NCBI GenBank assembly: GCA_012026655.1
Contig: JAAILG010000135.1
Location: forward strand, 1-64,000
Source of the DNA: Hydrolagus affinis
Taxonomy: Eukaryota
Length of the DNA: 64,000 bases
Reading direction: 5' to 3'
Shown: positions 26,024 through 38,664 of the stretch, in pieces
Numbering within the stretch: position 1 is the first letter of the stretch
Layout of the letters: every line of letters begins with the position of its first letter
Notes under the pieces: model-generated
Database searches by the model: none
Seen by the model: the letters and a program-made list of their open reading frames with translations, nothing else
Told to the model about the DNA's origin: nothing
Position numbers and translations under genes: made by a program

Positions 26024-26085
26024 AATATCAAGCTGCCATTTTACAGTTAAAAAGAGAACACAAGGAAGCTACAGAAAATCTACAG
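26024..26085 (+). CDS. FMN1: Formin-1 coiled-coil exon (EYQAAILQLKREHKEATENLQ)
   Basis: atacag| ... cag|gtaaga, 62 nt, phase 1 to 0. Matches recalled FMN1 EYQAAILHLKREHKEEIENLQ. Absent from the ORF track. Confidence 0.95.
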
Positions 26086-28389
26086 GTAAGACATTCATAC
26101 ATCTGCAAATGAGACAAAATGTAATTTAAGGTATGGTGTCATTTAACTTTTTTTTAACTATGTCAAGATGTTAGAGATACAACTTAGTTCTTCAGTCCTT
26201 GTTCTTTGGTAAATTTGAAAAAGGAATATTGACTATGTGTTCGGACTGAGTGAAGTAGAAGTGGAAGACAGTAGATACCTGGGCAGCAGGTTCTTGGCTG
26301 ACTCACTCTGCTAAGTAGATTTACTAGCCCTACCCACCCACTACCTCTGTAATTTCCAGTGCTCTTAGAAGCTACCTTGCATGAAAGGTGCTATATAAAT
26401 GCAAGTTGTTATTATATTTTTGTTTTAAAATAATTGAATCATTTTCGCAAGGGCACTTGGACAAGGCAGGCACTCAGGGAAATTTGGCGATTTTCTCAAA
26501 TAGCCAGTCCGTCCCCAATAGTCATTGTCACTACAACTTTGAAGGGATTCCTCACTGATACTGAGCTGGTGCAGCTCAGCCATTTTCCACCCCAATTTTG
26601 AACTCAACTGGACCGTTTGAAATTTATAGGGGTCAAGTGGTTCAATAGCTGCTTCAGAAGCGTGAAAAGATCATTGATGCAGGTGGTTCATGATTGGCTG
26701 TTACTTTTTCATTGCCGCTTATAAATTTGCATTTTTTTTACAGTCCGAACTTAGGAATGCCGCTCACTTGGGCAATTTCATTAGCAGGTCCTTTAATGGT
26801 TCAAAAAGCATGTTTTGCACTTTTGTTTTAATGATCTGAAGAATGTCAGACCTGGGATCTTTATGACAAAGACCCAATTCTAAAGGGAAATCATCGATGT
26901 GTATAAAATCACAATCAGAACTTTTCTATCATAACTCTCTCATGCTAAACTAAAGAGCTGTAAACTTTACTTATTTTGGTATACAATTCAAGGATTTTTT
27001 AAGTAATATAAAACATTGTGTTGGCTTAACTCCACCATTTAGTGTACTAGAATATGATGTATTAGTGGGATTATGTTAAGGCAAATTTATAGCTGTGAAA
27101 TTTCATGATGATTCACTTTCTGAGAAGTATCTATGCACTTCAGACAACAGTCAAAATGTTTAGTTTGAAATGACAGAATATCATCGTCTTAAAAACTGAT
27201 GAGTATTTGCATAGCTAGTAAAGTATATTTCCCTTAATAAGAAACAGAATATATTCTGCAACTCTGGTTCAGTTTATATATTTTACAGCAATGACTTTTA
27301 ATAAATCAAATTAAATTGAGATGAAAATCTGACGTGACAGGGTGTTGCACAAAGCCCACATTTAATAAGCATTTGGAACTTTTCATTGGAAAGATTTAGA
27401 CTGTGAAAGGAAAGTTATTTGCATTCTTAAATGACGATGGTTTGAATTGTGAGAGCATTCAAGTTCACTATAAAACACAATGCTAACTCTGTCTACCTTT
27501 TTCAACCTAATGTATTTATTTCCCTGATTTATTACTTACATGTATCTTCCATTGACTGTATAAGCAATTATTTATGAGCGATCACACTATAGGTATCCTC
27601 TTTCATGAGCAGAAGAACTATTTTAATATCCTACCCATAACATTATGATGATTACATGATGGAGGTGGAATTTATAACCATCTAAAATTTGGTTGATCAA
27701 TGTACGGTAAATTCCTAATAACGTAACCTGGCTTAATTTGCCACTATCACTTATTATTAATGCATCTCTGCTGTGAAAGTTCAACAATAACTGCCCAAGG
27801 ATCATTCAGTCATGAACCAAGGAACATGGAAGATGAGTGAAGCATCTGATGTAAATCAATCAGGTGTGTTACTGGACAAGAAAGACAATGTTACACAATA
27901 AGTCAAAAGCTGGCAAGATTTCTGAAGCTCCTCTTCCATTGTTAACTACCCGGTAAATATTTATGCTGCCAAGAAGTTTATACAGTGGCTACAGAGGGAA
28001 GATTGATACTGTATTTCATTTATTGCAATGTAATGTCACGACAATCTTTCCTTTTTTTCTTAAAATTGATCACAGTAAGTAATCACTTTGAACATTTACA
28101 ACCAACATCATGTTAGAACTATACATGGCCATTACCCTTATTTTCGGACAACAGTACTTCTGTGCACAATTGAAAACATGAGCACAGTTTGGCTTTGTTA
28201 GTAAATATAAACCAACTACTGTATGTTGTTTCCTTTCATTGTTTACTGCCTCTCTGACCTGTGAAGTGGGATATTGCTCAGAATGTTCCCCTAAATTCTT
28301 GCTCAACAAGATTATCCAATGAATAGAAATTTCTCCCGGGGTCCAAGCCAACAATCACCCAAGTAAAATTGGGCATTATATTAATTGTT

Positions 28390-28525
28390 GTTTATGGAAC
28401 ACTGCTGTGTGCAAATTGGCCAACAACAATATACAGTACCTACACTCTACAATAATTTCCGTAAAGTGCTTTGAGATACTTCAGAGACATGATCAAGTGC
28501 TATATCAAATGCAGGGTTATTATTA
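28390..28525 (+). mobile_element. 5'-truncated SINE copy
   Basis: gctgtgtgcaaattggcc...gtgctttgagatac...gtgctatatcaaatgcagggttattatt. Confidence 0.75.
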
Positions 28526-28921
28526 TGTCAATACAAAATGTATCTCCAGTATGTGCTGCTGCTAAGGGTTGTTAAGAACTCTGTAGATTCAGACGATGTA
28601 AGATACAGCAATACAAATTAGAATGTACTTGCAACACTGCAGTAACACAAACAAATCTGCCTCGCTTTATTCTTAAAATATCATTTTCTACTGAAAGACG
28701 TTTATATTTATATTAATCACCATGTAGGCTCTCTCATTAAGTTGGCAATTTATTTTCAATTAGTACCAATTATTGCACATTGTACTGTGGATTTGCACCC
28801 ACAAAGAACTGAATTGAAATGATTCAAATGTACTGAACTCTTCCAAGCGTGAAAGGGAGAGAAAACTTTTATCCCATCAATCTGGGTTTGATTGTCAGCC
28901 AACTCCCAGAAGTGAAAGGAC

Positions 28922-29242
28922 CAGAGGCGTTTTTAAGACTTGAAACTACTCAGTGCAATTTTCTTAGGGGGCCAGTCACTGACGATAAGATTAATAAGTG
29001 CGCATGCGCAATTTTATTTTATGCAAAAATTAACTTTCGGGAGGTGCGATGCCTCTTTAGGCGGACCACTTGCTCCGCCGGGCTGGGGAGAGCTCTGGTT
29101 TTCGCTATGATTACAAAAGACAAGAGTACAGCACACTCAAATCCTCTCATTTTGATGACTTTTTGCATTACTTTGGAGGCCCGCAATATGAGGGGCCTGG
29201 CGGTGCGTTGCACCGATTGCATCAATGTTAAAAACACCTCTG
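28922..29242. mobile_element. Non-autonomous hAT-superfamily DNA transposon (MITE), 321 bp
   Basis: Terminal inverted repeats cagaggcgtttttaa / ttaaaaacacctctg (14 of 15 match, extending imperfectly to ~37 bp). Flanked by a perfect 8-bp direct repeat gaaaggac (28914-28921 and 29243-29250). Confidence 0.9.
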
Positions 29243-29855
29243 GAAAGGACACTGTTCTAAACCCCTGCATGACACCATCAATCGTGCCTTTAAACATTAC
29301 TATGTCACATCTTACTTACTGAAATCTGATGTTTATTTAAGAGATCTGCTCACTTGTTTATACAAGAGACCAGCACAAAGATTTTGCATAGTTGTTGAAT
29401 GAAACTTTCACATTTTAAATATTTTTATCCCTGTTTAAAGCTATAATGTATTACAGGATTCAGTCAAAGACCTTTTACGGCAAACAACTAGAAAACTATG
29501 CTTCAAAGCAGTAGATCTGAGTCAGTCAACTGAGATGCCTTTTCGGCACCTTTGTGATTTAAATCCATTTATGGGGCTCGGTTGTCAAAACAGTTTGAGT
29601 AATGTCAGACAGCTCTAGTTGGCCTTCTGAGGTTAAGTTTCATCCTGAAGTTTACAAGTTTGTATTGATACCGCAACTTGCTTGAAGTCACCAGACATCA
29701 GTACGGAGAGCAAGAACATGCTCATAGTAGACAAGCATTTAGGCAATACTGAAGCTGCATGTTATGCAGCATGTTACTTACAGAAGAAAAACAAAGAAAC
29801 AAAAACAAGAAAAACATGCCCTCATCAGATGTTATTGATCCAAATAAGATTAGTG

Positions 29856-30495
29856 CAACAACAACAAAATTCCACTTGTATAGTGCCTTTCACGTCAGCG
29901 GATGTCCCAAGGTGCTGGACCAGCAATTGTTTCAGACCCGAGCTGGGGTGGGATGGGGGGAGGGGGGGCGGGTGGAGAGAAAGGGGGGATTTGGGGTGAC
30001 CGATGGGACCGTCAAAGAGGAGGGTCTTGAAGCGGGACTTGAATGAGGCCAGGGAGTGGGGCTAGGTGGAGGGACTGCAGGATGGAGTTCCAGAAGTTGG
30101 GGGCGGTGTGGCTGAAGGCTTGCCGGCCAATTGGGGTGCCGGTGGGTCGGGGCACATGGAGCAGGCTGGAGGCTGCTGAGCGGAGGGAGCGGGTAGGTTG
30201 GTAGTGGGTTAGAAGGTCGCAAACCTCACTTAAAAGCGAGGCCATGTAGGGCTTTTAATGTGAAGACAAGGATCTTGAATTGGATCCTTTGGGTGATGGG
30301 GAGCCAATGGAGTCAGGCGAGGATGGGGGAGATGGGGTCACGAAGCTTGCAGTGGTAGAGGACACTGGCTGCAGAGTTCTGGATTATCTGCAATTTATGG
30401 AGGGAGGAATTGGAAAGGCTGACCTGCAGAGCATTGGCGTAGTCGAGCTGGGATGTGATGAAGATGTGAATCAGGGTTACAGCAACCAAGTACAA
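29856..30495 (-). mobile_element. L2-clade LINE 3' portion (RT C-terminus, 3' UTR and tail)
   Basis: Minus-strand ORFs LIHIFITSQLDYANAL...LQIIQNSAASVL...ISPILA and YQPTRSLRS...GRQAFSHTAPNFWNS, ending in a (ttg)n tail. Confidence 0.9.
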
Positions 30496-33400
30496 TATAT
30501 ACAGTAGTGCTTTTTAAAATGGAAAATCAATGAACACATTTTTTTGTTAGAGGTTTCGAATCCATTTTTTTATCTCAGATAATGATACCTGAACAAAACA
30601 GCACTGTATAATTGCAATGCAGAATTTATAATTTATTGCTCCGTGGTCATTATCTTTACCATCTTATTCCTGTTTTAAAGAGGCTTATTCACTCCCATAA
30701 AGTTGGCCGAGCTTTTTCCTGTTGTTTTTCCTGTGGAAACCTATAACGTGTTGATGCTATTTCCCCACTGTGATGCAGTCATTCTGGTTGCAAAAACATT
30801 GATGTATCACTTAGTCTGAAAGAGAGTCATGAGAAAGTGGTGTAATAGATTATAATGTAATTTTATACACTGAGCCAAAATGTTTACATTCTCAAAGCTT
30901 TACTCACACATCACAGTGGCAACTTTTCTGGATTCTTTCCTTCCTCATAATGACAGACCACATTTAATTAAAAATGTAGCCATGTGACTGAATTGTGTTC
31001 CATCACATTTCACATAATTCACACAATTACAGGTTTAATTCAAAAAATGTAGAATTATGTCTAAACCAGGCTGTTTGATCCGTGGCGCTTGATAAACTTC
31101 ATCAATAGTTCTAAGGCTGTCTCTTCCTGTTATAATTACAATAGTGGAGGCGACAATATTGAATGGCCAGGTCAACGGGTTAATGTGATCTACGTTTGCG
31201 GTGGCAGACGCATGGGAGTAAGTTGCCTGTTTGCACTGTTGGGTCGGAAATGGTGCAAAGGGAGACATAAGAAGGACTGATGATTTTCTTAATTATAGAA
31301 AAAAAGACATTTAGATTACAGAAGCAACTTACAGATTGCTGACCCTTCAAAGTCAGCTCTTATGCTGTTTGCTTTCTTCTTTATGTTTTGTGATGGAGTG
31401 ATGAATGGATGGTTTAAATTCACTCTACTGTGTATAAGTAATTCCTGGGAACTAGCCAGGAATACAGGTTAATGAGTATGTGTAGATTAATTCGGCGGCA
31501 TAGGACCCTCAAATAAAGCTATTTAACCATGCTGTTGGGAATTGAAAGAGGACAAATAAACTTTGAATCTTTGAAGACTTTAAATACCAGAGTTGCAGTC
31601 TTAGTTTCATTATTGACTCCATTAGAAGCAGCTGGGCATGCTTCCAGCAGTCAGATCAGCCGCATGGTTTTTTGACTTGAACTGGCATTTTTCTTATCTG
31701 CTATTTTACATTTTTTTGTAAAATTTAATTTGCACTTTGGGTTCACTGTCTTTTTTTCTATTCCCTCCCACAGTTATCTCATTTCTTTGTATTATCAGGT
31801 ACATTATTTCTGAATGATTTGTAAATGGGGAGGTAAATATGAATACTGTAATTTCAATAAATTGAATAAGACTGATTATCTTAATATACTGCTGAGTGAT
31901 TTCAGGTTTTGTGCATCAGGATATCAGGATCACTGTCAGAGCTGGGTGATGTGAATGCGATGACTGTCAAGTGACTCCCTTAAAAATCACAATGCTAGGT
32001 TTGGTCCATTAGGTACTTAAGAATACAAAAGTTTGAAATGTGTGTTACTGTGCTTTCACAGTAATGAGAGTGCAGATCTGTTTAAAATGGAAGTGTTCTT
32101 AAAAGTTTCCCGTACCATATCTTGCCATAAGCTGGAAACCAAATGTCAATGCAGAAAGTTTTCGGTTCTTGCTCTTCATCCCAGATAAAATCCACACCCT
32201 CCCCATCAGTCAAATACAGTGCTATTGTAGATGAATTGGACAAAAGCATCATTTCCCACTCACAATTCATTCAGTTTGCAAAACCTGATCTGCTCCAAAA
32301 CCAGTTTGGTTCCTTCTCCTACACGTTTGTGGTTCTGTATTTCTGAGCGTCTAGTAAAGGCATCATGTATGTTCTTCCTGATTTCATTGGATTCCACACA
32401 TCCTATATATGACTGAATTGTATAGACTGCTAGTTTAGAAATTCATTAATTACAAGCAGCGTTATTTCATTTGGAAGCATCTCTTATCTTACTTGATGGA
32501 CCTGTATAGCTTACAAGAATTTACAAAGAATCCACTACATGGAAACAGACCACTCAGCCCATCTTGCCCATGCCTGATGTCCATACTCCTCACAAGCTAA
32601 CTCACTATTCTAGCACAAACTTGTGTTAAATTTCATAGCAGTCATCAGAAACACATTGTTATGTTTAATGAATTCTCAGTTTCATCATCTAAAAATACTT
32701 AATCATGATGTAGATCCTTCTTAAGACAATGAAACGAAAGACTGCTTGATTTTAATATAAATCTTTATTGGAAAGCATCTCAGAATTCTTCTAAAACCAG
32801 CCCCAAGTTTGTCTGCCACTTATTATCTGCCATTTCTGTGCCTGAGGTAGATCAAAGGAGTCATCAGCTATGAGACTATAAGGATGCTTTGATCGTGCCA
32901 GAAAGGTCATTTGTAAAAAGACTTCTCTGGCAAGCCAAAAAAGTGAGATTTTCCTAATTATTGTAAAGAATTCAAGGATTTAGCTTCAAAGCTTTTTGTG
33001 TATGAAACAGTAAAATATCAAGTCACTCCTGTCCAAAATGGTATCCTATAAAGAAAGGGGGATCAAAGCAAAGTGAAGCAAGGTTTCAATGGGAGGAAAC
33101 TAATTTGAGATCAAGACCAAAATAAGTAAACGTGGGTTGGTAGGAAGGTTAAACATTTCTCCCACTATTTTACAAATGAAGTTAAATTACATTTTTGTTC
33201 TAACAAATATGAACTGGCATTTTGACGTTTGTGATGGTAAGTGAATGAAGGGTATTAGATACATTGAGAGCGAGATCTCTTTGTAAGTAATATTCAACAT
33301 TTAATTGCAAACAGAGCACTTTAGCTGTGAAAGCATGCAGATGACAAGACGATGAGGTGTTACTAATACAACGATTTCTATTGACTTTATGGAATCCCAG

Positions 33401-35214
33401 AATAGCAGTACTTTTCTCAGTTTTCTTTTTCATTTTAAATCTTAAAGTGAAATTATTTTACAAATGCATTTATCAATTCAGGTCAGGTGTAGCTCATGTT
33501 GCAATCTCTTGCATGCAGGTTTTTCAGCCATTCTGTCCCACAAGAGGCTGGATCTCAAGCCAGGCATCCCTTTACCTTGACCCCTTCCTTCCCAACTACA
33601 ACATTTTGGACTGTACTTTCAGCTACCTAATCTCTCTTCTCCACAGCCTTCCCACTCTGCTTCTCAATCAGTTGTGTGAAGCGAAATATCCTCCCAAATA
33701 GAAGGTATAATTGTAAATCAATATTGTTATTTTTATCTGAATCATTCTCTGTAGAACAGGTAGTGAAAATATCTGCGTCCATCTCAGGTATAACCTCTTT
33801 CAGCAATAGTGGTGAAGCAATCTTATATTCAAAACAAGTTGATAAAATTCTTCAGGCAAGACTTTATGGATCTAGTATTAACTAACTAATCTCAACACAC
33901 TCTTCTAGAAAAAATAGTAAAGTTGGTATTTTGGAATGACGAGATTGTGTCCTGAAGGAACCTTCTTCATTTGAACCTGAGGAAAGGATTTTTTTTATCC
34001 TTTGCCAGGCTACAGTTTTAAGGAATAGTTAGAATGAATTAGTTTTAACCATGTTACTCACACTGTGTTTTAGTCAATTTTAAACTTGATTCCTGAAATA
34101 CCAAATAGAGGTTAGCGTTAGCAAGTAAAATAAATCAAACTTACTTAAATTGTGAAAAAATGGTATTCCAGCAATAAAACATTCAAGTAGATTATTAGCT
34201 TTAATTTGGCCAACGACGCTTATTCAAATCGTTGTCAAAAAGGTAGAACTTTCTTCTTATTGAAGTAAAATAGATACTTTGGGAGCTAATGGTGTCCAGA
34301 TGTAAACTGTTTCTTCTAATGCCAGCTCAATACCATTAAACAGCATCTCTGCTTGATATTGCACAGATGCCATTCGTAATAAACCATGCCGTTTAACAAA
34401 TGAAAATCTCCATTCAAGCGAGTATGAATGTTTCTCTTAATTAAAGTTAATATTGTTTGATTGGGAAGAAATTACTTAAACATGTTTGACATAGAGAATC
34501 TTATTTTTGAATTTCATAATTCTCTTTTTAGTTATGTCAAACAAAGGAAGACCTGCCACCTTTATTTTTTCATCCCAAATAAACTCAGTTTTATTTGATG
34601 TATCTCAGCAAGGGGCAGATTTTACGCATTATTTAATCACCTCAGAAATCTGAAGAACTCCTGTTTTGTTTTTGCTGCCCTATTATCCTTATTGCTCAAA
34701 GTCCATCCAGTTAATTTCCTTTTACCTGCATCAATGCAAATTCGACTTGTCTGATCTGAATTGGACAAATGGGGAAAATCATTTGTTGCACTATCCAACA
34801 AGAAGTTATCATTGATTTCTACTGCAAGTCATGCAGATTTCATCTTTAGACGTTATGGTTCCCATCTCGTTGAACTTAAACAGCTTCTAAAAGGATTTTT
34901 TCCACAAATGGGAATGAAACTACAGACCATCTAAGGGGAACCGATTCAAAGGATTTAATTATGAAGGTCATGTTAAAAGTTACTGCCTCAATCAGGCTAG
35001 TTGATGCATGGATCCCTGTGCACCTCATGCTATTCCCATAATTTAAGGAGGAAAACAGTTGCCTAATATTATTATATGTACTTGGATTCTGTGTAGTTTA
35101 TCTTTTTATATGGCACAGTCCCTCCCCACAGAGTTGGTGCATTCCGAGTGCTAATTTTAGCCATTAGTTTGGGGAAACTGTTATGCAAGTTCTACATATT
35201 CATATTACATATGC

Positions 35215-35500
35215 ATAGAAATGTTTCTTTGTTTGGAGTGGAATGTGCACTCTCTCCCCGAAGGATCTACCTCAATCTGGAGCGTATTAGGCATAGGTTC
35301 ATGAGAGCCAAAATTTGGGATCCCCATAGTGTACATTGGGTAACTGTTAAGAGTTTAATCAGTTAAAAATGCATAGTTTACCATCAGGGAAGCTTCCCGC
35401 TGCTTGTCCAACTAGGACAATGCTACTTGTTAGGACTTGGGACTGCAAAGTTAACAGGAGCCGAGTGGGAAAAATCCCTGCCTCAGTGATCAGTCTGCCC
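35215..35500 (+). repeat. Unclassified diverged interspersed repeat, copy 3 of 3
   Basis: gcactctctcccc...gggatccccatagtgtac...cttgtccaactaggac...gagccgagtgggaaaaatc. Confidence 0.7.
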
Positions 35501-37305
35501 TGCAAATCTTGCCAATGAGCCAGGCTGGCTGGTCTTTCATCAGCAATGTCTTCGGAATGTCTTGTGGACCCACCTGGCTCAAGAAACAGCCTATGGAGAT
35601 CACCACAGAAAGTCAACTTGACTTCAACATCCCAGCGCCAAACATATTATCTCAAAGCCACCTCAGTCCCAAGCCAACCTTGCTTAGTTTTTCCCTCGCT
35701 CCCATATTAGTACATATGCGAATGAAAACTTCAACTATAATTGTAACTACAAAAAAACTGCTGTAAATGTAATGTTTTAAAACAACAGAATAATGTTTTC
35801 TACATTTTCAATTTGAATGATGTAAATCAGAAGAATTAAACTCTCAAGTTCCATATTTTACAAATCGTGCTGTTTGGAAACTGTTGACTCAATATTATTT
35901 TGTAGCCTTCACAAAGTATTTGTGGTATTGTGCAAGTTTTCAATTGTTGCAGTATCAGAGGAGCTGTTAACATTTGCCATAGCATGATGAATTGCAAGCT
36001 CTGTAAAGGTCAGCACCAGAATTGGATTTATGTATACGTACCGACTAAAAACAAAATGCTTTAAGAAAGTTGTAATATATCATTGTATGGCTGTAGTGCA
36101 TTGGACTGCTTTCTGTTACAGATGAGATTGATTGTGATTCATTGAATGTTCTGAGTGTGTCCCATTGACTTCAAAATAGTTACCTCTGTCATCTTGTTTT
36201 TTCACCAACCTGAATATCATGCAAAATTATGGACAGAATTGTAGAAAATGTACCATTAGAGGATGTCTAATCATGGCATAGATCCAATATAAAAATCGGA
36301 TTGCCCCAGGGGAAAATTCTTAATAGTAATCAATATTGATAATCCCTAACATTTATATAATACCTCATGTTGTCAAAAACATCTCCAGGTATTTCACAGA
36401 TTTTACTGTAACATGTAGAGACTATTTATTGCTGGCAAACTTTGAATTTGTGCACCGCAATGGACCTTTTTCCATTCAGAGGATTGCTAATAGCAGATTG
36501 GGATAGGCTCCCTTCCTCTCTTCGAATTAAAAGTAGCTTCTATTATCACATTGGTAACATTTATTCAGCTGTTGACATATTACCAATGAAACCACCTTCA
36601 ATTTGTAGAGATAAAATAATAATTAATTATAGCAATTAATTGCTTAGTGACATTGATGATACACTTCAATAAGCAAATCATTTTCTATAATAAATTACTA
36701 CTCTATCTTTAAGAAGGTGATTCCCTCTACAGTATTTTGTTTGGCAATGTACATTAACAAACCGAAAGAACAGTGAAAAATATTGCCCACTGTTTAGCTT
36801 GTTTTTATTGTTCACTCTTTTTTGGTTATTTCAGGACATTCCCATTTATTTGAGGTCAAACAAATAAACTGGCCACTTTCTCCTTGCCTCTGCCAATACA
36901 GTTCTCTTCCCAGATATCAGATGGCGAGGGCAAGAGTGCCCCCAGATGACCTGTTTAATGTTCCCTATCTCTAAAGTACAAATACAGACCATTCTTTCCA
37001 ACTAGTCTGTGTCAGTGTACATATTCTACATGAGCCTCCATCCTTCCTAATACCCCCTCCCACACCATTCTATTCCCTGTGCTGTTTTAAGGTTGGAGAC
37101 TTGTGAAAAGGAACATGACCGCATATCTCTTCCTGACACACAATGACATAGTGTGTTAGTGCACCAGTGTGCTAAAACAATAATTTATTTTACTTTACGT
37201 GACTGAAACTTAAATTATTTCTCACAATTAAAAAATTATTCACCATGTAGATTTCAGTTTCTTGTTTTAAATTAATCTTCACATAAATAAAGTATTACAA
37301 ATATT

Positions 37306-37605
37306 GGAGTCCTGTAGCTCAGTTGTAAGAGCACTCGCCTTACGAGTGAGTGACCTGGGTTCAATTCCAGGCAGGGTGAAACCTTGGGCAAGGTTCCTTT
37401 CTCCACACGCCTAATAACAATCTCTCGAAAAAATCTAACAATATAATGGTAATTTCAATCCACAACTGTTTGTGGGACCCTGCTGTGTGCAATTGGCTGC
37501 CATATTTTGCCCACATATATATAGTCAATTCTGTGAAGCTCTTTGAGACGTCGAAAAGATGTGAAAAGTGCTAAATTGCAATTGCAAGGATTATTACTAA
37601 TTATT
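37306..37605 (+). mobile_element. Full-length tRNA-derived SINE
   Basis: ggagtcctgtagctcagttgtaagagc...gggttcaattccaggcagg...tgcaaggattatta. Confidence 0.9.
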
Positions 37606-37893
37606 AAATCCAGAAAGTAGAACGTGAGAAGTTTTGCTCTGGTTTTGAACTGAATGACTTTTGTATTGTTATTAGTTGTCCAATATCATTAGAAGACAAG
37701 CACTCAGTGTTCAGTTTCTGTGTTTTGTGGATAGACAATGGTGTGTATACTGAAATGTCAAAATCAATGCTGGATTTTGTGGTGGCTAGATTCAAAGCAA
37801 TGTAATAATAATGATAAGAATAAAGAGAGGGAAGTACAGTATATGTCAACATGTTAAATTAATGACATTAATCTATGTCCTGTTCTCCAACAG

Positions 37894-38540
37894 AAAGAGT
37901 TTGAGTTGAAACTTTTCGATGTGCGTGGGGAGCATGCTGAAGTGATAGCTAGGCTTGAAGAACACATTGCACAACAGAGGAATAAAGATGGGAAAACTGA
38001 AAGCAGAGATGTTGGAGTTTCCACACAAGATCAATATGTGCCAAAATCATTTCGCAATGTCTGTGCCCAGACTGACAGGGAAAATTTCATACAATCAAAC
38101 CAAGAGGACAGTGTTAACCGAAGCAATCAGTCTGTACCAGGAAAGCTGAACTTTGAATCCTTGAGGTTCACCCAAGCATCAGGATCTATAGCACCTCCTC
38201 CTCCCCCTGCCCCACCCCTACCAGGTACTGGACCACCCCCTGCCCCACCCCTACCAGGCTCTGGACCACCCCTTGCCCCACCCCTACCAGGCTCTGGACC
38301 ACCCCTTGCCCCACCCCTACCAGGCTCTGGACCACCCCCTGCCCCACCCCTACCAGGCTCTGAACCTCCTCCTCCCCCACCCCTTCCAGGTTGTGGGCCT
38401 CCCCCTCCCCCACCACCCTTTGGCAATTTTTCAGCTCTCTCTAGTCACAGTTTGGCTGCAGCACCACGGAAGGCACCCATAGAACCAAGTTGCCCTATGA
38501 AACCTTTGTACTGGTCAAGGATTCAATTCACCAAAGTCAG
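37894..38540 (+). CDS. FMN1: Formin-1 FH1 (polyproline) exon and start of FH2 (...[16 protein letters not shown])
   Basis: ccaacag| ... ag|gtactg, phase 0 to 2. Encodes [25 protein letters not shown], proline repeats and PMKPLYW. Confidence 0.97.
38200..38397 (+). repeat. Coding 33-bp tandem repeat, 6 copies (PP[P/L]APPLPGSG)
   Basis: Unit cca ccc c(c/t)t gcc cca ccc cta cca ggc tct gga. Copies 3 and 4 are identical and the outer copies are diverged. Confidence 0.95.
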
Positions 38541-38664
38541 GTACTGAACTGAAGAGCTATGTTTACTTAAACACATCTAGTATAATCGAATACTGTACTC
38601 TAATCATCTTCCTTTCATATTATCCTGCTCACAGATTGTTTATAGCACATTTGCGCTCTCATTC

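Noticed and set aside
28849-29322. 157-aa ORF and the antisense 92-aa ORF as a nested gene or transposase
   Set aside because: They overlap the GC-richer MITE, start at non-ATG codons, and show no transposase or other recognisable motif.
38230-38340. Four GACCACCCC near-GLI sites as an exonic Hedgehog enhancer
   Set aside because: They are fully explained by Gly-Pro-Pro codons in the tandem repeat, and there is no independent support.
38200-38397. CRISPR-like array
   Set aside because: The 33-bp units are contiguous with no unique spacers, lie inside a spliced eukaryotic exon, and there are no cas genes.
38127-38482. Gly-rich and other repetitive ORFs (38127-38426 -, 38186-38416 -, 38273-38482 +)
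   Set aside because: They are antisense or shifted-frame shadows of the FH1 proline repeat.
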